Made by a program: the position numbers and the translations under genes
Notes under the pieces: generated by a model
Database searches by the model: none
The model's input: the letters and a program-made list of their open reading frames with translations, nothing else
Told to the model about the DNA's origin: nothing
NCBI GenBank assembly: GCA_044892525.1
Contig: CM097888.1
Location: forward strand, 68,386,001-68,450,000
Direction of reading: 5' to 3'
Source: Schmidtea polychroa
Lineage: Eukaryota
DNA length: 64,000 bases
Shown: positions 1-13,789 of the stretch, in pieces
How positions within the stretch are numbered: the first letter of the stretch is position 1
Layout: each line of letters begins with the position of its first letter

Positions 1-1473
1 CATGTAAAATAGTTTTATTTCCTCGTGAGGGTTGGTCAAAATATTCAGAAATGCTGACGCGGTTGTCAATTGTAAAATGCATTAGGTCTCATTATGCTGG
101 ACAATTGTATATATCACGAGGAAAAAGGCGGATTTGAATCCTTGTGTACCAAAGTGCAGATTTTTTAACGTTGATCTACAGTTAAGTTCAAAAGATTTTT
201 AGAACCAGCTGAACAAATAGCCTAATCCACTGGTTTCTCTGGCATATTTCAAGTAAATTCATCTGATGTGACTGGGGTCTCATCTCAAAATCAGACTAGA
301 TCATTAATTTTCTTGTGGACTTTAGTTCTTGCTTGTCTGTGTTACACCTTAATTTATTTAAAAGTTTTTTAGTCATTCAGATCGAGTTATCTGAGGAATA
401 TGGCTCATCAGTCCGCATATATAGCCAACTACGAAGTCGCGTAAACAACCACCAATTTCAAATGATTTTGTTTGGAGCTTTTCTATAGCGTAAGTTACGC
501 ATTCAATAATTGTGTTGGGGTTTGATGAGATGGGCACAAAGACAATGTAAAAATTAATAAAAACGTTAAATTCACAATAATAATGTTTAATATTATAAGA
601 ACTTTTTTTTCCAATTTCACACTGATTATTTTTTCCATTGAATTTATTAAAAAGAGAGCTTGAAGAATATAAATCAGTAATAGATTGTTGTATTTTAGTC
701 GTCATTGCGGTTTTCAACGATATTTCATCTACGCTTTGTTTTCTTTTGGGTCATCGTCGTCCCCGCAACTCCGGACGAAGAATATTTTAAAAAATTATAT
801 AGCAAAAAAAAATTAAAAAAATCATTAAAAAAATAATTATTAATAAATTTGTAAATTATCTAAAATCAGAGATTTTTTTTCTGACTGGCATTTTTTTTCC
901 GGCACCTTTTTTCGCTGAATGATTTTAAAAATTTGACATATGTTTTGGTGTTTTGTCATATTTCTATTTCTGACATTTCAAATAGTCAATTACAATAAAA
1001 TTACAAGTAGTAGTTGTACGCCAAAGCGAGTGAATCATAACTCAGTGCTTCCTATGTGTTATTACTATTATCTAAAACACGATCACGGTAAATATACGCC
1101 AAATCTTCCTAACAAAAATTGGTAACTGAAAATAGTAATCAACATAATATAGTATATATATTTATAAAATATAAATAGGGTAAACAAATAAATAGGGTAA
1201 AACAATCAGATAACGCATAACAGTCTTCAAGCTCTCTTTTTTAATATATAATGTTTGACTTTGAAGAAAGAGAATTTATATTAGAATAAATCATAATTAA
1301 TTCTTTCATTTTCAAATAACATTACATCTAGTAATCATGATATAAATTGAACCTTTTATTTTCAATTTGTTTAAATATTCAATAAATAATTAGTATTGAA
1401 ATCTTTTGAATTATTATTATTTTATTATTTAAAATTTAGATATTAAATTTAAATTATCTCTTATATATTCCTA

Positions 1474-4400
1474 ATGATTGAAATTCCAGCACCACTTTCT
1501 CCGCTTGATGCCAAGTATGATTTCAAATTTTTAATTTTACTTAACATATATTTAGTTCATTTGCTTATTTTACATTTAAAGATAGACTTCCAGTCATTTT
1601 AGCAAGAATTGTCGATTCTCTTTATCGAAATAAAAAATTAATAACAGACGAATTAGGAGAAGTAAAAATTTTCTTTTATATACATTTAATCAACTTATGC
1701 ATAGGATAAAATTGATTGTTTAAAATATATTACGGCTGAAATGTCTCGACTGAGACACGAATTAACAACCGACAAAGCTCTAACTTTTTTTGATGGCAAC
1801 ATTTTTGGAGATGAGCAAAACTGGAATGATGCTATTATTGAAGAAAGAACTAGGTTGATCAAATCCAGAATTTCTGATAACGAAATTACTTGGTACAAAT
1901 GCTCATTTTTATTCGCTGAATGCTACATGTACCGTCGAATTTATGATTCGGTTTTAAAAAGGTAAATACTCAGTTGATTATTATTAAACCCATAAATGCA
2001 TTTTTAAGTTTATCATTAAAATTTTAATATGAAAATGATCCATTATTTTTTAATTTATATTTCTCATTTATTTATAATGATGAAAGTGTAGATAAATATT
2101 ATTGTTAGTGTTTTAATGCCAAATCCTATTTGAAACTCTTAAAAACAACTTCAGATTATATAGCATCACAAATGATGTGTTCGAAACATTGACAAATTTT
2201 AATTTAATATGATTTTTTTCTTTAATTAAATTTATATTTTTTTATTATTCCACTAGATTCCAATTATTTTTAGAATGAGTAATAATAATAATAATAACAA
2301 TAAAATAATAATGAATAATAACATTTAATATTAATAAACATTAAATTATCAGTATTATATTTTATTTATAAAACATTTACGTGGAATATAATTGGTGTTA
2401 TTAGATTATTTAGATTAATTATTCGTTATATTTTAACTTTGTTATAATTGACTATTTATGTTGACGATTTCATTTTGTAATTCAAAAAATATTGATAGTT
2501 TAATTATTTTGTGGTTAATGCGTATATTGTTAAATATGAGCCATATGCTGCATGGAAATCCTAATATTTATAATAATCTAATATATAAAGATGAAAGTTT
2601 GTTTGTTTGTTTGTTACCCATAAAATTCCCCACCGCTGGACCTAGGCTGCTGAAATTTTGTATGTGATCCTCATTTGACTCAGGATAAGTCATAGGCTAT
2701 GTTTCAACCCCAGGTGACCACCCACCCCTAGGGTACCCTAACCCTACTCAGGGCAACCTTGATTTCCTACAGTAGATATCCCCAGTAGATACGCATTAAC
2801 ATTTTTCAAATTTTTAAGGTGCTATTATAATTAGTTTTAAATTCCACCTATACATTGCACTACTGAAAATGGCATCAGAAGTAGGCTTCCCATCGTAAAA
2901 TTTGGTCCCCAAAAGCAAATTCCGAAATTTTTTAATTAAATTTTAATGTATTTTTTAAATGAATTAATTAAAATAAATTTCTTTATTTTGAATCTGTGTA
3001 CAATTTTTTTAATTGTGCAACGCCGGGTACCCCAGCTAGTTAATAATATTGGATCCATGGGGCTCATTAATGTACCTATATAAAAATAGATAAAAATTTA
3101 TTATTTGCAAAAGTTAACTAATTAAATAATAATTTTCATAGTACAAGAAAACAGTTTTTACCCTGAAAAAGAATAACAAAGTTATGCCGTTTTATTTGGG
3201 TTCAATTAATATAAAATTCTCCTTTTCTTTCAATCATTTTTACAATTGTACTGATCAGAATTATGAAGTATAAATAAGCGAAACAATCCGCTGTAATAGA
3301 AGCCAGAATCCACTTCAATCAAATTTTGGGACTTTGGAAAGACATAAATTTTATTATGATATTAATGATGTGCATATTCTATGATGAACTTTTTTTTATC
3401 GAAAACACTTATTTCATTAGAGTAAATATGGTAGGAATTTTCAAATGTTTCCAAATGTATCCAACTCATAATAAATGAAGTTTGAGTTTTTAATGACTGT
3501 CTTGTAGGAAAATACTGATACAAAAGGGTGTACGTTTGCTAAAGTATGTAAAAATAGAACACATAAAAGAAATGATTGAACTACGTTTTAATTAAAAACT
3601 TCAACTATAATATATAGTCTTATATTATAGAAACATTCAAACTTACATTGCTATTTTAATGAACAAAATACTTTATTATAAAAATAGAAAGGGGATGGGA
3701 AAATGTTATAATTTTATTCACGAAAATTATTAAACAAAAAGATGACGGATACAAATTTTGAATATAATTCTCAGTTTTTTGGAAAAGGATATTATCATTT
3801 AATCTTAATTAACAAAAATGAAAAATAATAAATTTTATTGATAAGTTTTAAAAATATGATTTCATGATAGAATTTCAGAAAGTGTTAAAATCAGATTAAT
3901 AAAAGTCATGGAGACGAGTTATCGAAAAACTCTGAATTCTATAATTTATAAATATAAAAATTTTGACGATATCCATAAGACAGGACAATTGGCAGAAAAC
4001 AATAATTTCACCAATAATCAAATAAATTATTGTACTATGTCAAGAAAAATTTTCACGCAAGAAAATATTGCAAAAAATAGATTAATGGTGGCTAATTTGT
4101 TATATAAAATATAATAATAGTTTACAATTATTTATTTTTATCTCCCATCGATAAATTGATTGTTTTCACTATTAATTGCAAAATCAGTAGACATCTGATT
4201 TTTTAAAAAAAAATAATTAATTATTTTCTTATTTCTAAAATATTCCTTCAGTGGAATTCCTGGAATCGATCAATTTTCGTTTGAGAAGGAAGAACTCTTA
4301 CAAAAAGCAATGAAAAATCAACAATTTTTGACAAAATATTTAATCAATATTTGGTCAACTCTTCCTAATTGTAACAGAGCTCTTCTGCTATCTTATTTCG

Positions 4401-7400
4401 AAGTTATTGTGAAGGTTTGCGAATTTTTTATTTAGATAAATTCAATTTAATTATAGGCTTTTTAATTTTTATCAAATTTTTTTTTACATTTTTCTTATAT
4501 TTAAAAAAAATATATAATTGAATCAGAGAAAAAATATTTAGGCCTATTTTAAAATTCTTTAGTTTATTTGATATTATATAAATCCTACTTTATAGCCTGA
4601 AAAGAAATGAAGATAAAAATAATTGAAAATGAAAATATGTTATCGATGACAAAAAGTCAAAGATTTTTAAAAATATAACTTAATAAACTCAATTTTTTAC
4701 AGAACTAAATAAAAATAAATTAACTCTGTCATCTAAAATAAATTATTAATTTCTTAAATATATTTTTTCAAGAAATATAATTATAAAAAAATTTGGAGTT
4801 ATTGAGCAATTATTGATTTTTATTGATAGGTGATTGCACACACTCCATATCAGTTATTCTAATAAAAACTTTACAATATATTGATTTTCTTTCTTAACAT
4901 TTAATTTATATTGCTACCAAGAAACTATCATTTTCTATATTGAATTATTGTTGCAAAAAGTTAAAAAAATTTAATGATTTTGAATTATAATTATACCACA
5001 AAATTAATATGCTACAATAATATTACAAAGTATATAGCAACCCAAAAGTTAGAACAGCAGTTCTATAATTGAATTTTTTGATTAATTATTTGATGAAATA
5101 TCGGTCCTATAATCTTTACTTTACTTTACACTTATTTTGATTCACTAATGTAATTTCTCGTTTAATTACTTGAAAATCTTTAGTTTTGATAATTCCAATC
5201 ACAATTTATCGGCTTCTTAATTCTCTCATTAATTTGTTCAAATATTTTCTGAAATGTTCTCCAATTTCTCTTTTGCAAATAAACGAAATGTTCGCCTCAA
5301 ATTACTTCTAGTTCTATATATTTATTTTTGTCACTAACTTTGCAATATATATTATCTTATATTTCTCCTTATCGTTGGAATTTATCTATTTTTATCGCAA
5401 CTCCATAATTTCAGTTATTTCTTCCGTATCTTTTCGTTATGTTTGGTTAATTTATCATTTTTTTCCGTTTAACCTGGGAAATTTTTTTACTAGGAGATTA
5501 TTAAATTAGTAAATTGATTATTAAATTAATAAAACATTACGGTAAATTATAAAAATAGAAAAATAGAAATTAATATAGAAATTTGTTATTTATTCGTATT
5601 AACAGACAACAATTAGCAAAATGGCTTTTTAATGTACTTAAAGAATGTATTTGTCAAGTCTAATAGGTGTGTTTCAGATATCGGTAATATACAAAAATAA
5701 TCAAAAATAAAAACACTTAGCATATAAAAACTTCATAAGTTCTTTCATCCATAGTGGATTTAGATATTTTATCATCTGCTAAACATTTTGCTTTGACTTC
5801 GTTGATTAATTTACACTTAAAATTTAGAATAACTTTTTGAAAGCCAGTTCAAAGTAACTAAATAGAAATATTCATTTTTATGTGAATGTCAATCTTTCAG
5901 ATTCTTGATGCAAAATATTTTTAAATTTTCACGAGACCCACTCAATATTGGCCTTTGAGATCCCCAGCTTTATAAGAAGCTTTACTTATAATCTTTGGAC
6001 TTCACATAGTTCTCTTTTAGAATAATTGGTTATTTAACGAGAAACCGAATAAGAAACTGATGAAAATAAAACTTGTAATTCATTATCTGATATTATTGTT
6101 GTAAGAAATTTGTACGTGCTCGAGGTATTATCACCTAGTTTCTTTAGACAGCAATACTTCTGAATAATGTTAATTGAAATCTCATTTGTGAATGGTGAAA
6201 TGAAAATAAACTGTTATTCTTGTTTGACCTTTTCTTTACAAAATTGTTTCTTATCTCTTTTTTTTGTTTTTCAACTCAATTTTAATAATTCTGCTTTTAA
6301 TTTATTCTTCAGATTTCTATCGATTTTTTTGATTTTTCTCTCGTTTGTTGAAAAATTTGATGGTTTCTTGATAGTAGCATAAATTAAATGATAAACCTTT
6401 ACTTCAAAATATTTACATGACCTGGATATAAAGTCCTTAGACTATTACATAAACGGTACTGGAAAAAAACTTTTATTTATATTTGTTTAAACGCAAAGAT
6501 TCATTTTTTTCTAAGCATCCGCCTGCTAAGCATCCGCCTGCTAAGCATCCGCCAGCTCATAGATTTACCATTAAAATAAAACATTTTCAAAATAAAAGCC
6601 ATCCTTTTCATTGAAGAAATTTTGCACTAGTCTATACTCATTGGACTGAATTCATTGCCCTCGTAAATTTTTCTTCAGGTAATTAAATAAGAAAAAATCG
6701 GTATAATATGCAAATTGGTGCGTTGTCATGCAAGAGATATCTTAATTCCTCGGTTTTCCTCATAACTTTTTCACATCACTAACCAGTGTACAATAGTGGT
6801 GAAAGTCGATGATTCTTAGAGTAAAGTCGATTTTTGATCATTCCAAGCATAGACACACTAATAGTGAGACATTTTAGATGAGATGTCCCCGAAGGAAGAA
6901 TTTTTGGTGGCTTTATTCCTGGAAACACAAATTCACTAGATTCACGATTACTGTATAGAACAGTGGTTCTCAAACTTTTTTTATCACGACCCAAATTTTT
7001 GACATTTCATGCCAAAAATTTTATTGCGACCCACATGACAAAGATTAAATAAATTTAAAAGGCTTAAACTTCCAAAATTTATATTTGTAGATCTTTCCAT
7101 AAGTCATCGCGACCCACCAAAAATTCTTTCGCGACCCATAGTTTGAGAAACACTGGTATAGAACAACGGTGGGCAAATGCGGCTCTTAGATATAAATATA
7201 AATATAAATATAAAATGCGGCTCTATACTATAGAACATAAAGACTCAATGGCGTCTCGTCCGTTATAATATCCTTCAAAAAATTCGGTCCAAGAGGGTCA
7301 ACTTTTCTTGATATACTTGCATTCACTTTTCTCGCATCTTTGCTGTCAAGAAAATTGGGATGAATCGGCTGGTTTCGATGACTTCTAGCAGGTTCTGCAC

Positions 7401-9160
7401 AGGTTTCTGCCTTGCTTACATTAAGTGTAGTTGAGAGTTTCACAATAATATTCAATTTTTCGAATTTCTTCAATCTATTGTGGTCGTTCACTACTTTTTT
7501 CAAAAAAACACATTGTTCCTACCAGGGGAAAACTCTAACCCATTTATAAATAGTGGCTTGCATGGTGCTTCATTTACATATTCTTCGTGCAGCTGATAAA
7601 TTATGACCTTATTTTCTGTCTTTCTCAAAAGAAATAAAATCTGATAACGCTGCAAAATTCAACTTGCTAGTACATTTTTTAACAACACACCGTAAACAAT
7701 GTCAATAGACATACACTAACTTAAACAAATTTAATAATGTTCATTGTTTTGTATCTGAAATTTTATAGATTTATTAATTTCATTTCTGTACGAATCTAAG
7801 GACTTTTATCCATACCGTCTATCACAGTGATTCTCAATTAATATAAAAGCGCCAAACACCATTCACATGATTTTTTTTGCGGGAACACTAAAATAAATAC
7901 TTTCCCACAATGAGTAACCAATTACAAATTACTATAAATCTGTCGTAAACTTAAACAATGCCTTCTTATAAGCAAAGAAAATACCACGCGCAGCAATAAC
8001 AAGTAATAAAAACACTTTTATATTTATATATCTGTGTAACAGCTTTCTTATTAAATCATCTTATAAAAAAATTAATTTAGGTTTTTGATGATATGTATTT
8101 TAAATGCAAATTTAAAGATAAAATGTCATTTTTTTCGCAGAACACGGGTTGAGAATCACTGGTCTATCATATGAAAATTATTTTTATGATTTATTATTTT
8201 ATAATCGAAAAATGTCCATATAATAAAAATTTTACAACAAAGGCTTTTTTATCATTTACTTGTTTATAGTTTGTTATACTATTAGCCATAGTATTAGCGT
8301 AACAGTCACTTGTTCCATATAAGGACAAAAAACTATAAAAGATTTTACATACTACATAAATATTACACTGTACTCTCTAGATGTCTCTATGGGCTAATGA
8401 GGTTGATTTATCCCTATCCATCAACGATGAGGAATCAAAATTAAAATTGGACAATCCTGAGAAAATTATTGAAGACAATAATAATAAATTACTAATTGAT
8501 GATTATAGGGATGTATTTGGGTTGCTTTTTGACAAGTCTACTACCAAACAGGAAGAGGTTATTGTCAGTATCTTTGTTGACAATAGTGGCAGTGAATTGC
8601 TGGCTGATTTACATTTTGTTGAATTTCTTCTTGCTTCTCGTCTGGCTAATAAAGTTATTATTTACACTAAATCGATGCCATGGTACATTTCTGATGTAAC
8701 AGAGCGGGATTTTCAATCGACATTGAACAGTTTGTGTAACTCAAATGAAACCTCTTGTCAATGGCTCGGCAAACAGATATATTCGAGAATTTTCGAAGAT
8801 TGCAATTTATCGGTTCGATCACATCACTTTCTCACTCTTCCTTGCCCGTTCCATAAATTGAAGATCTTATATCCCGATTTTTATCACGAGCTTTCAAATA
8901 CGACTCTTGCCGTTTTTAAAGGAGATTTGAATTATCGGAAACTAGTTAGTGATCTTCATTGGCCGGTTGTTAATACCTCATTTTATGACAGTCTTCAAGG
9001 ATTTAATCCTACTACAATTGTAGCATTGCGGGTTTTGAAATGCAATGTCCAAGTTGGTTTGTCAAATGAGATTTTATCCAGAGTTGAAAAAGAACATCCC
9101 GATGATTGGATGACATCATCGAGATATGGTGTCATACAGTCATGCTTTGTCAAAGAATGA
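1474..9160 (+). CDS. ARMT1: Damage-control phosphatase / acidic-residue methyltransferase ARMT1 (DUF89), spliced host gene
   Basis: Exons 1474-1514, 1556-1661, 1705-1961, 4252-4414 and 8381-9160, all with GT-AG introns and consistent phases, total 1347 nt = 448 aa + stop. ARMT1-family motifs: SFAYFTFKDRLP, LRHELTTDK, FAECYMYRRI, SLWANEVDLSL, DNSGSEL, PWYISDV, FKGDLNYRKL. Confidence 0.9.
2577..3039 (+). mobile_element. Non-autonomous Helitron-like element in ARMT1 intron 3
   Basis: Starts TC after an A (a|tctaatatataaagatgaaagtttgtttg) and ends CTAG before a T (gcaacgccgggtaccccagctag|t). GC-rich palindromic subterminus, no TSD: the Helitron signature. Confidence 0.65.
6511..6553. repeat. 15-bp tandem repeat, ~3 copies
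   Basis: ctaagcatccgcctg at 6511 and 6526, partial copy at 6541. Confidence 0.85.
6961..7155. mobile_element. hAT (Charlie-type) MITE
   Basis: TIRs cagtggttctcaaac / gtttgagaaacactg (14/15 match); 8-bp TSD GTATAGAA at 6953-6960 and 7156-7163. Confidence 0.9.
7228..7503 (-). pseudogene. Degenerate mariner/Tc1-like transposase fragment
   Basis: NFLKDIITDETPLSLY resembles the mariner FL.RIVTGDETW..Y motif; the fragment is short and internally deleted. Confidence 0.4.
7825..8161. mobile_element. hAT MITE
   Basis: Perfect 13-bp TIRs cagtgattctcaa / ttgagaatcactg; 8-bp TSD GTCTATCA at 7817-7824 and 8162-8169. Confidence 0.9.
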
Positions 9161-10665
9161 ATATTTTGTTTTATGCTCCATTTGTTAATTTATAATTTTG
9201 TTAAATAAATTTTCATATTTTTTATTATTTTTTATTGATTATACACATTTTTAATTAAAATTATATTATTGTTGTTATTAATTTTCAATAAAAATATGTT
9301 GAGCTAGAGCTAGAAATTTTATTGAAATTGTTTTAATGCGTCCACGAAACTACTGAACTAAATTGAAAAAAAAACCCTGACAACACATCAATTTAAACAA
9401 AGTAAAGTTGAAAAATTATCAACATGTATAACTAAAATAACCAACTACCTGCTGTATTAAATACGATGGACAACCAAAACATAGCAAAAAAGTCTAATCT
9501 TTGAAATATTAAATCAACATATATCGGTTTTTTAGTTAAATCAAACTTGAACAGAACAATAATGAAACAGTTATCTACGGGACAAAAACCACAACAACAT
9601 AAAACGAAGTACGCTTCAGTAACTCGTCGTTTTGGAAATTTGGTTAAGGCTTAAGTTCCTGGCACATAGATTAGGTTTTCTACGTGGGATTTATCATAAC
9701 ATTGACCATGATAAAAATGTATTTGTGACATTGCAGATTTAATTATATTAGTCTTATTACTTATTACGTCATTAAAAGGGACAAAACATTGATACCCAAT
9801 TACCTGGGACCAATTAGATAGGGGTGTAGGTGCCTGTCCCTGAATTTCCTGTTACCAAATTACATGTTACCGAACAGACTGGTATTCAATACATTGAAAA
9901 ATAGTTATTAGAAAACCTGAGATGTCGACAAAAATCGTGTTGGCGTTTCAGGGGTGTGTTATTTAATTGTTCTAGGGTTTCAGATAGATTTGTCATCAAC
10001 TCTTCCCTAAACACTTTCATAATTATTTTGCTTTCTACTATCCGTATATAATCTTAATAATGACCATCCAAAACTTTGATTATGACTCGAATCCAGCATT
10101 CGTTTCAGGCAAAATACAAATGTTGAATTTTTGATTTTATGAATACCTTTGAAGTAATTTATATTTGTTGAAATGATCCCAAAAGTCAGAAAGACAAACT
10201 TTATGATAGGGATATTATCAATCAGATACCCTTCCAGACTCTTCTTGGGTAGTCTTCTTTTACTCCTTTTCTATTTTGTAGCCGTTATTATTGAGAATTT
10301 AACATTATTATTTTCACGACATTTTTAAAAATAATTAATTTTCTTCAAATTGTCTTCATTGTATCATTTTCTTTATGATAAAATTGATGTAGGGAAATGA
10401 AATCTGTGTTTATAATATCTATACTCTTCAGCACAAATTTATGTTTTATTTGAAAAAAATGGAAAAATTCTTTTTGAAAGAATGATGTAAATGTAGCCGT
10501 AGTTATCGGCATCACCAATGTGTAAAACTATATTTCTCGAAATAATTTCAATGCAAAAGTCAAAAAAATCAAATAAATATATATATTCTCATTCAAAAGA
10601 ATACATTTTTGTCAAATAATAAATTAGTGAATCTTTAAAAAAATGAATAAAAAAAATTTAGAATT

Positions 10666-11048
10666 TTATAAATTTTTGTTTTCTAGTTGATCTTCACGAT
10701 CATTTGTTGATGGATCTAATGTTAAATGTTCTGGCGGGTCACTTTCGGTAATTGAAGTTTCGTTAATTTCAATGGCACTAATGTTATTAGTAGAATTGAG
10801 ATTTTGTTCATTTGGAAGCGATTCTGAGTTTGTAATATCGGTTTTCTCTTTAACTGGTGGCGGTTTTCGCAAGTCTGACACTGTTGTTATTAACAGTTCT
10901 TTACTCTTACTGATATCCAGCTTGTCTTCGAGTAATAGGGAACTATTAGTAATTAAGGCTAGTATTGAAGAAACTTCATTTTTGGGGTAAATCTCATGTA
11001 ATAAGGCATTAATTTGACTGTCAATAAAGGATTCATCAATGACCATTT
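10666..11048 (-). CDS. Possible exon of an unidentified host gene next to the retroelement insertion
   Basis: 126-codon S/T/E/N-rich open frame preceded on the minus strand by an acceptor-like attttattttag. No recognisable family, and flanking exons were not resolved. Confidence 0.3.
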
Positions 11049-11599
11049 CTAAAATAAAATATAAAGTTTTATGATAAAAATTCCCTAATTCAATTTTAAA
11101 ATATTGCTAGTTGAATTACTATAGGTGTTGATCTTAAGCATCAAAAAAAAAGATATTCCACCTATTAGTATTACCTTTGCATTAAATAAGATTAATATAT
11201 CCTTTAATATTAATTTTTTAATCAATAGTGTTTTTTCATTTAATTTCATATAATTTTTTTTTAATTCTAATGTTGGGCTGAGTCGAAAATTTAATCGTTG
11301 AAAAATAAGAAAGTAGGGAAGTAGAACATTAAGAAAAATAAAAATAAAATAAATAAAATCAGAAATAAAATAGAATAAGATATAAGGAAAATAATAATTA
11401 AGACATAAGAATTAAAACAAAAAAATAAAATTAAGAAAAGATTAAAATAGAACAAGTTGACAAATAAATAAAGAGGAATTCAAGAAATAATAAGGAAATT
11501 AAGGAAATAAATAGAAAAACATATTAAAAATAAAGAAAATAAGGAAAAAACAACCTAAAAACAAGAAAATTATATTAAATTAATAGAAATAAGCGGTAC

Positions 11600-11741
11600 T
11601 CAACTCTGATTGGTCCGCACAAATAAGAATTTGATATATATACAACTACCAAAAACATTAAATTTACTGTTAACCCCGAGCATTTCATAGGTAAGAAAGA
11701 ATGTTTACTGTTTTGACTGTTAACCCCGAGCATTTCATAGG
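11600..11741 (+). promoter_or_regulatory. Candidate LTR promoter region with 26-bp direct repeat
   Basis: Reverse CCAAT (gattgg) near 11610, TATA-like gatatatatac near 11633, repeat actgttaaccccgagcatttcatagg at 11666-11691 and 11716-11741, donor-like ag|gtaaga at 11691. Function is inferred. Confidence 0.4.
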
Positions 11742-13789
11742 ATCGACACTACTAGCCAAGCAACCGTCATTCAGAAAACTCCACAACTATTCAAAACCAG
11801 TTCAGAGACCGAAATACCATTCATCACAATAATCGACATCCAACGGACCACCATTAGAACTATTTGGAACGAACAACATTGAATTTTGACTCAGCCTAAC
11901 AATAGTAAGGGGTATTTCATTTGTTTATAGATTTATTTAAGTATTTGCAAAGCTAATAATAATGTTAAATATTAACGATTAAACATTTTAGTTAACTCTC
12001 TTCATTTGATTCTCCATTTTAATAACTTTAACGTATTGATGGAATTTGTATTATTTAAGTATTTCAGAATCAATAAAATATTTTTATCCAGATGTCCGTA
12101 TTTTATTTGAATTAAAGATTTTATGAATTTTCATTTAACGAGTAACGTGGAGTTGAGATACTCCATGTCATGGTATGAGGTGCCTTCGGGAGCTCAGCCG
12201 GTGGACATGGAGTATTTCAATCGCGCAGCTAGATTGGGCCGAAATGTGAAGGCTTCTTCACGGGTCCTATCGCTGAAGATGCGACTAAATTATCACAATG
12301 GGGTATGGATAAAAAATAACCGGTAGACAATGATTTCACAAAGATAGTCATACGAATGAAGGGATTTTCAAGGATTTGCACAGTGATTGAGGGCGTCGCA
12401 TTCTTCTTTCGTCAAGTCGTTTTCGTAAGTCTTACCCCTATTGAAAAAAGAGATCCAGACCACGATTTAGTGAACTTCGTCAAAAATAACAACATCTCAT
12501 AGTACGCTTCATCTGGAAACATGGTTTTATCAAATTAATTGCGACAACGTCTATTTGCCGGACTCAGTAGAACTAAATTCGTATGAAATTCCATTATCAT
12601 AGACCCAATGTCATCTAACCTGTCCAGATTGTATGTCAGGTTACGAAAGTATTCTAAAAACTTTAACTAACTCGAAACTATAAAATGCGAGATTCTACGA
12701 AAACCTCTCTAGTATTATAATCAGAAAGTTTTTATAGACTTAGTTATTTCAAAAATTATAACCAGGTAAAATATCACCAAATTTAATTAATAACATTTAT
12801 TTCTACAATAAGAGCCAGGTCATCACTGTATATATCCAAATTATTGAACCTGAGAGAAAAGGACAGGTTTCATCGAGACGGCATTACATCTGAATAGGAA
12901 AATCCGAGTAGAATGACGAGAGTAGTAATATGCTTCAGTATTTGGTAGAATTATTCCCTCGACGATCACTGAAAAGATCCAATAAATTTCCAAACGATGG
13001 TGATCATTCACACAAGTTGATAAGGGTAAAATTCCGCGATGAGAACTGGCGGTAGCATAAATCATAACTCAAATAAATCACTGTGCAGAGAAAATCATAC
13101 GACAGCAGGATCGATAAAATCACCGTGAAAATGGCATACACCAAGTGAGTGAGATAAGATAGTAGCCATACACGAATCCATGTGGTGAGAGCACAGAATA
13201 TCAGACTAGCATACATAGTAGTCGCGACACGTGACATTCACAATAGGTCGATAATGTAATCAACCAGTCGACAGCAGTATCCGTAAATTTGGATATGTTA
13301 TGACCGATGGGATTTTCCATGAGGGTGTTAAAGTAATGGCTGATGTAAACTCATCACATATTTTCAGACCAATGGTAGACAACATTGATAATCACATTCA
13401 CTACCGAATTAAAAGTGCACTTCCAATAACAAATTTCGAATCAAAAATACGTTGAGAGCGATAGTAATTTGTTTTTAATAAATTAAAATAGATAACATAT
13501 AGCAAGGTTTGGTCGCATACTATAATGTCCCTCTACTAAAGCATTATTATATTATTTCACCAATATTATATTTACACCCTATCAATTATTACGTCCCTCA
13601 TGCATACAGTTAGATCAATAGATAGTCAAAGTTAATAACATGCGTCAAGCCGATGGCATTTGGTTAAATAAACCGTTTTAACAACTAAGATCCGTAGTAA
13701 AACCGGATTGTAGAATAAGTTTTCCTTCTTTTCGACGGTCAAGTATCCACGAATGGACGCGGGTCGTATCTAATTTATTCTAAAATCGT

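Noticed and set aside
373-717. 114-aa minus-strand ORF
   Set aside because: No recognisable motifs or splice context; plausible chance ORF or TE debris.
5100-6382. Minus-strand Penelope/LINE-like relic in ARMT1 intron 4
   Set aside because: Only faint, stop-riddled similarity (K-rich, possible GIY-YIG-like words); cannot be supported by eye.
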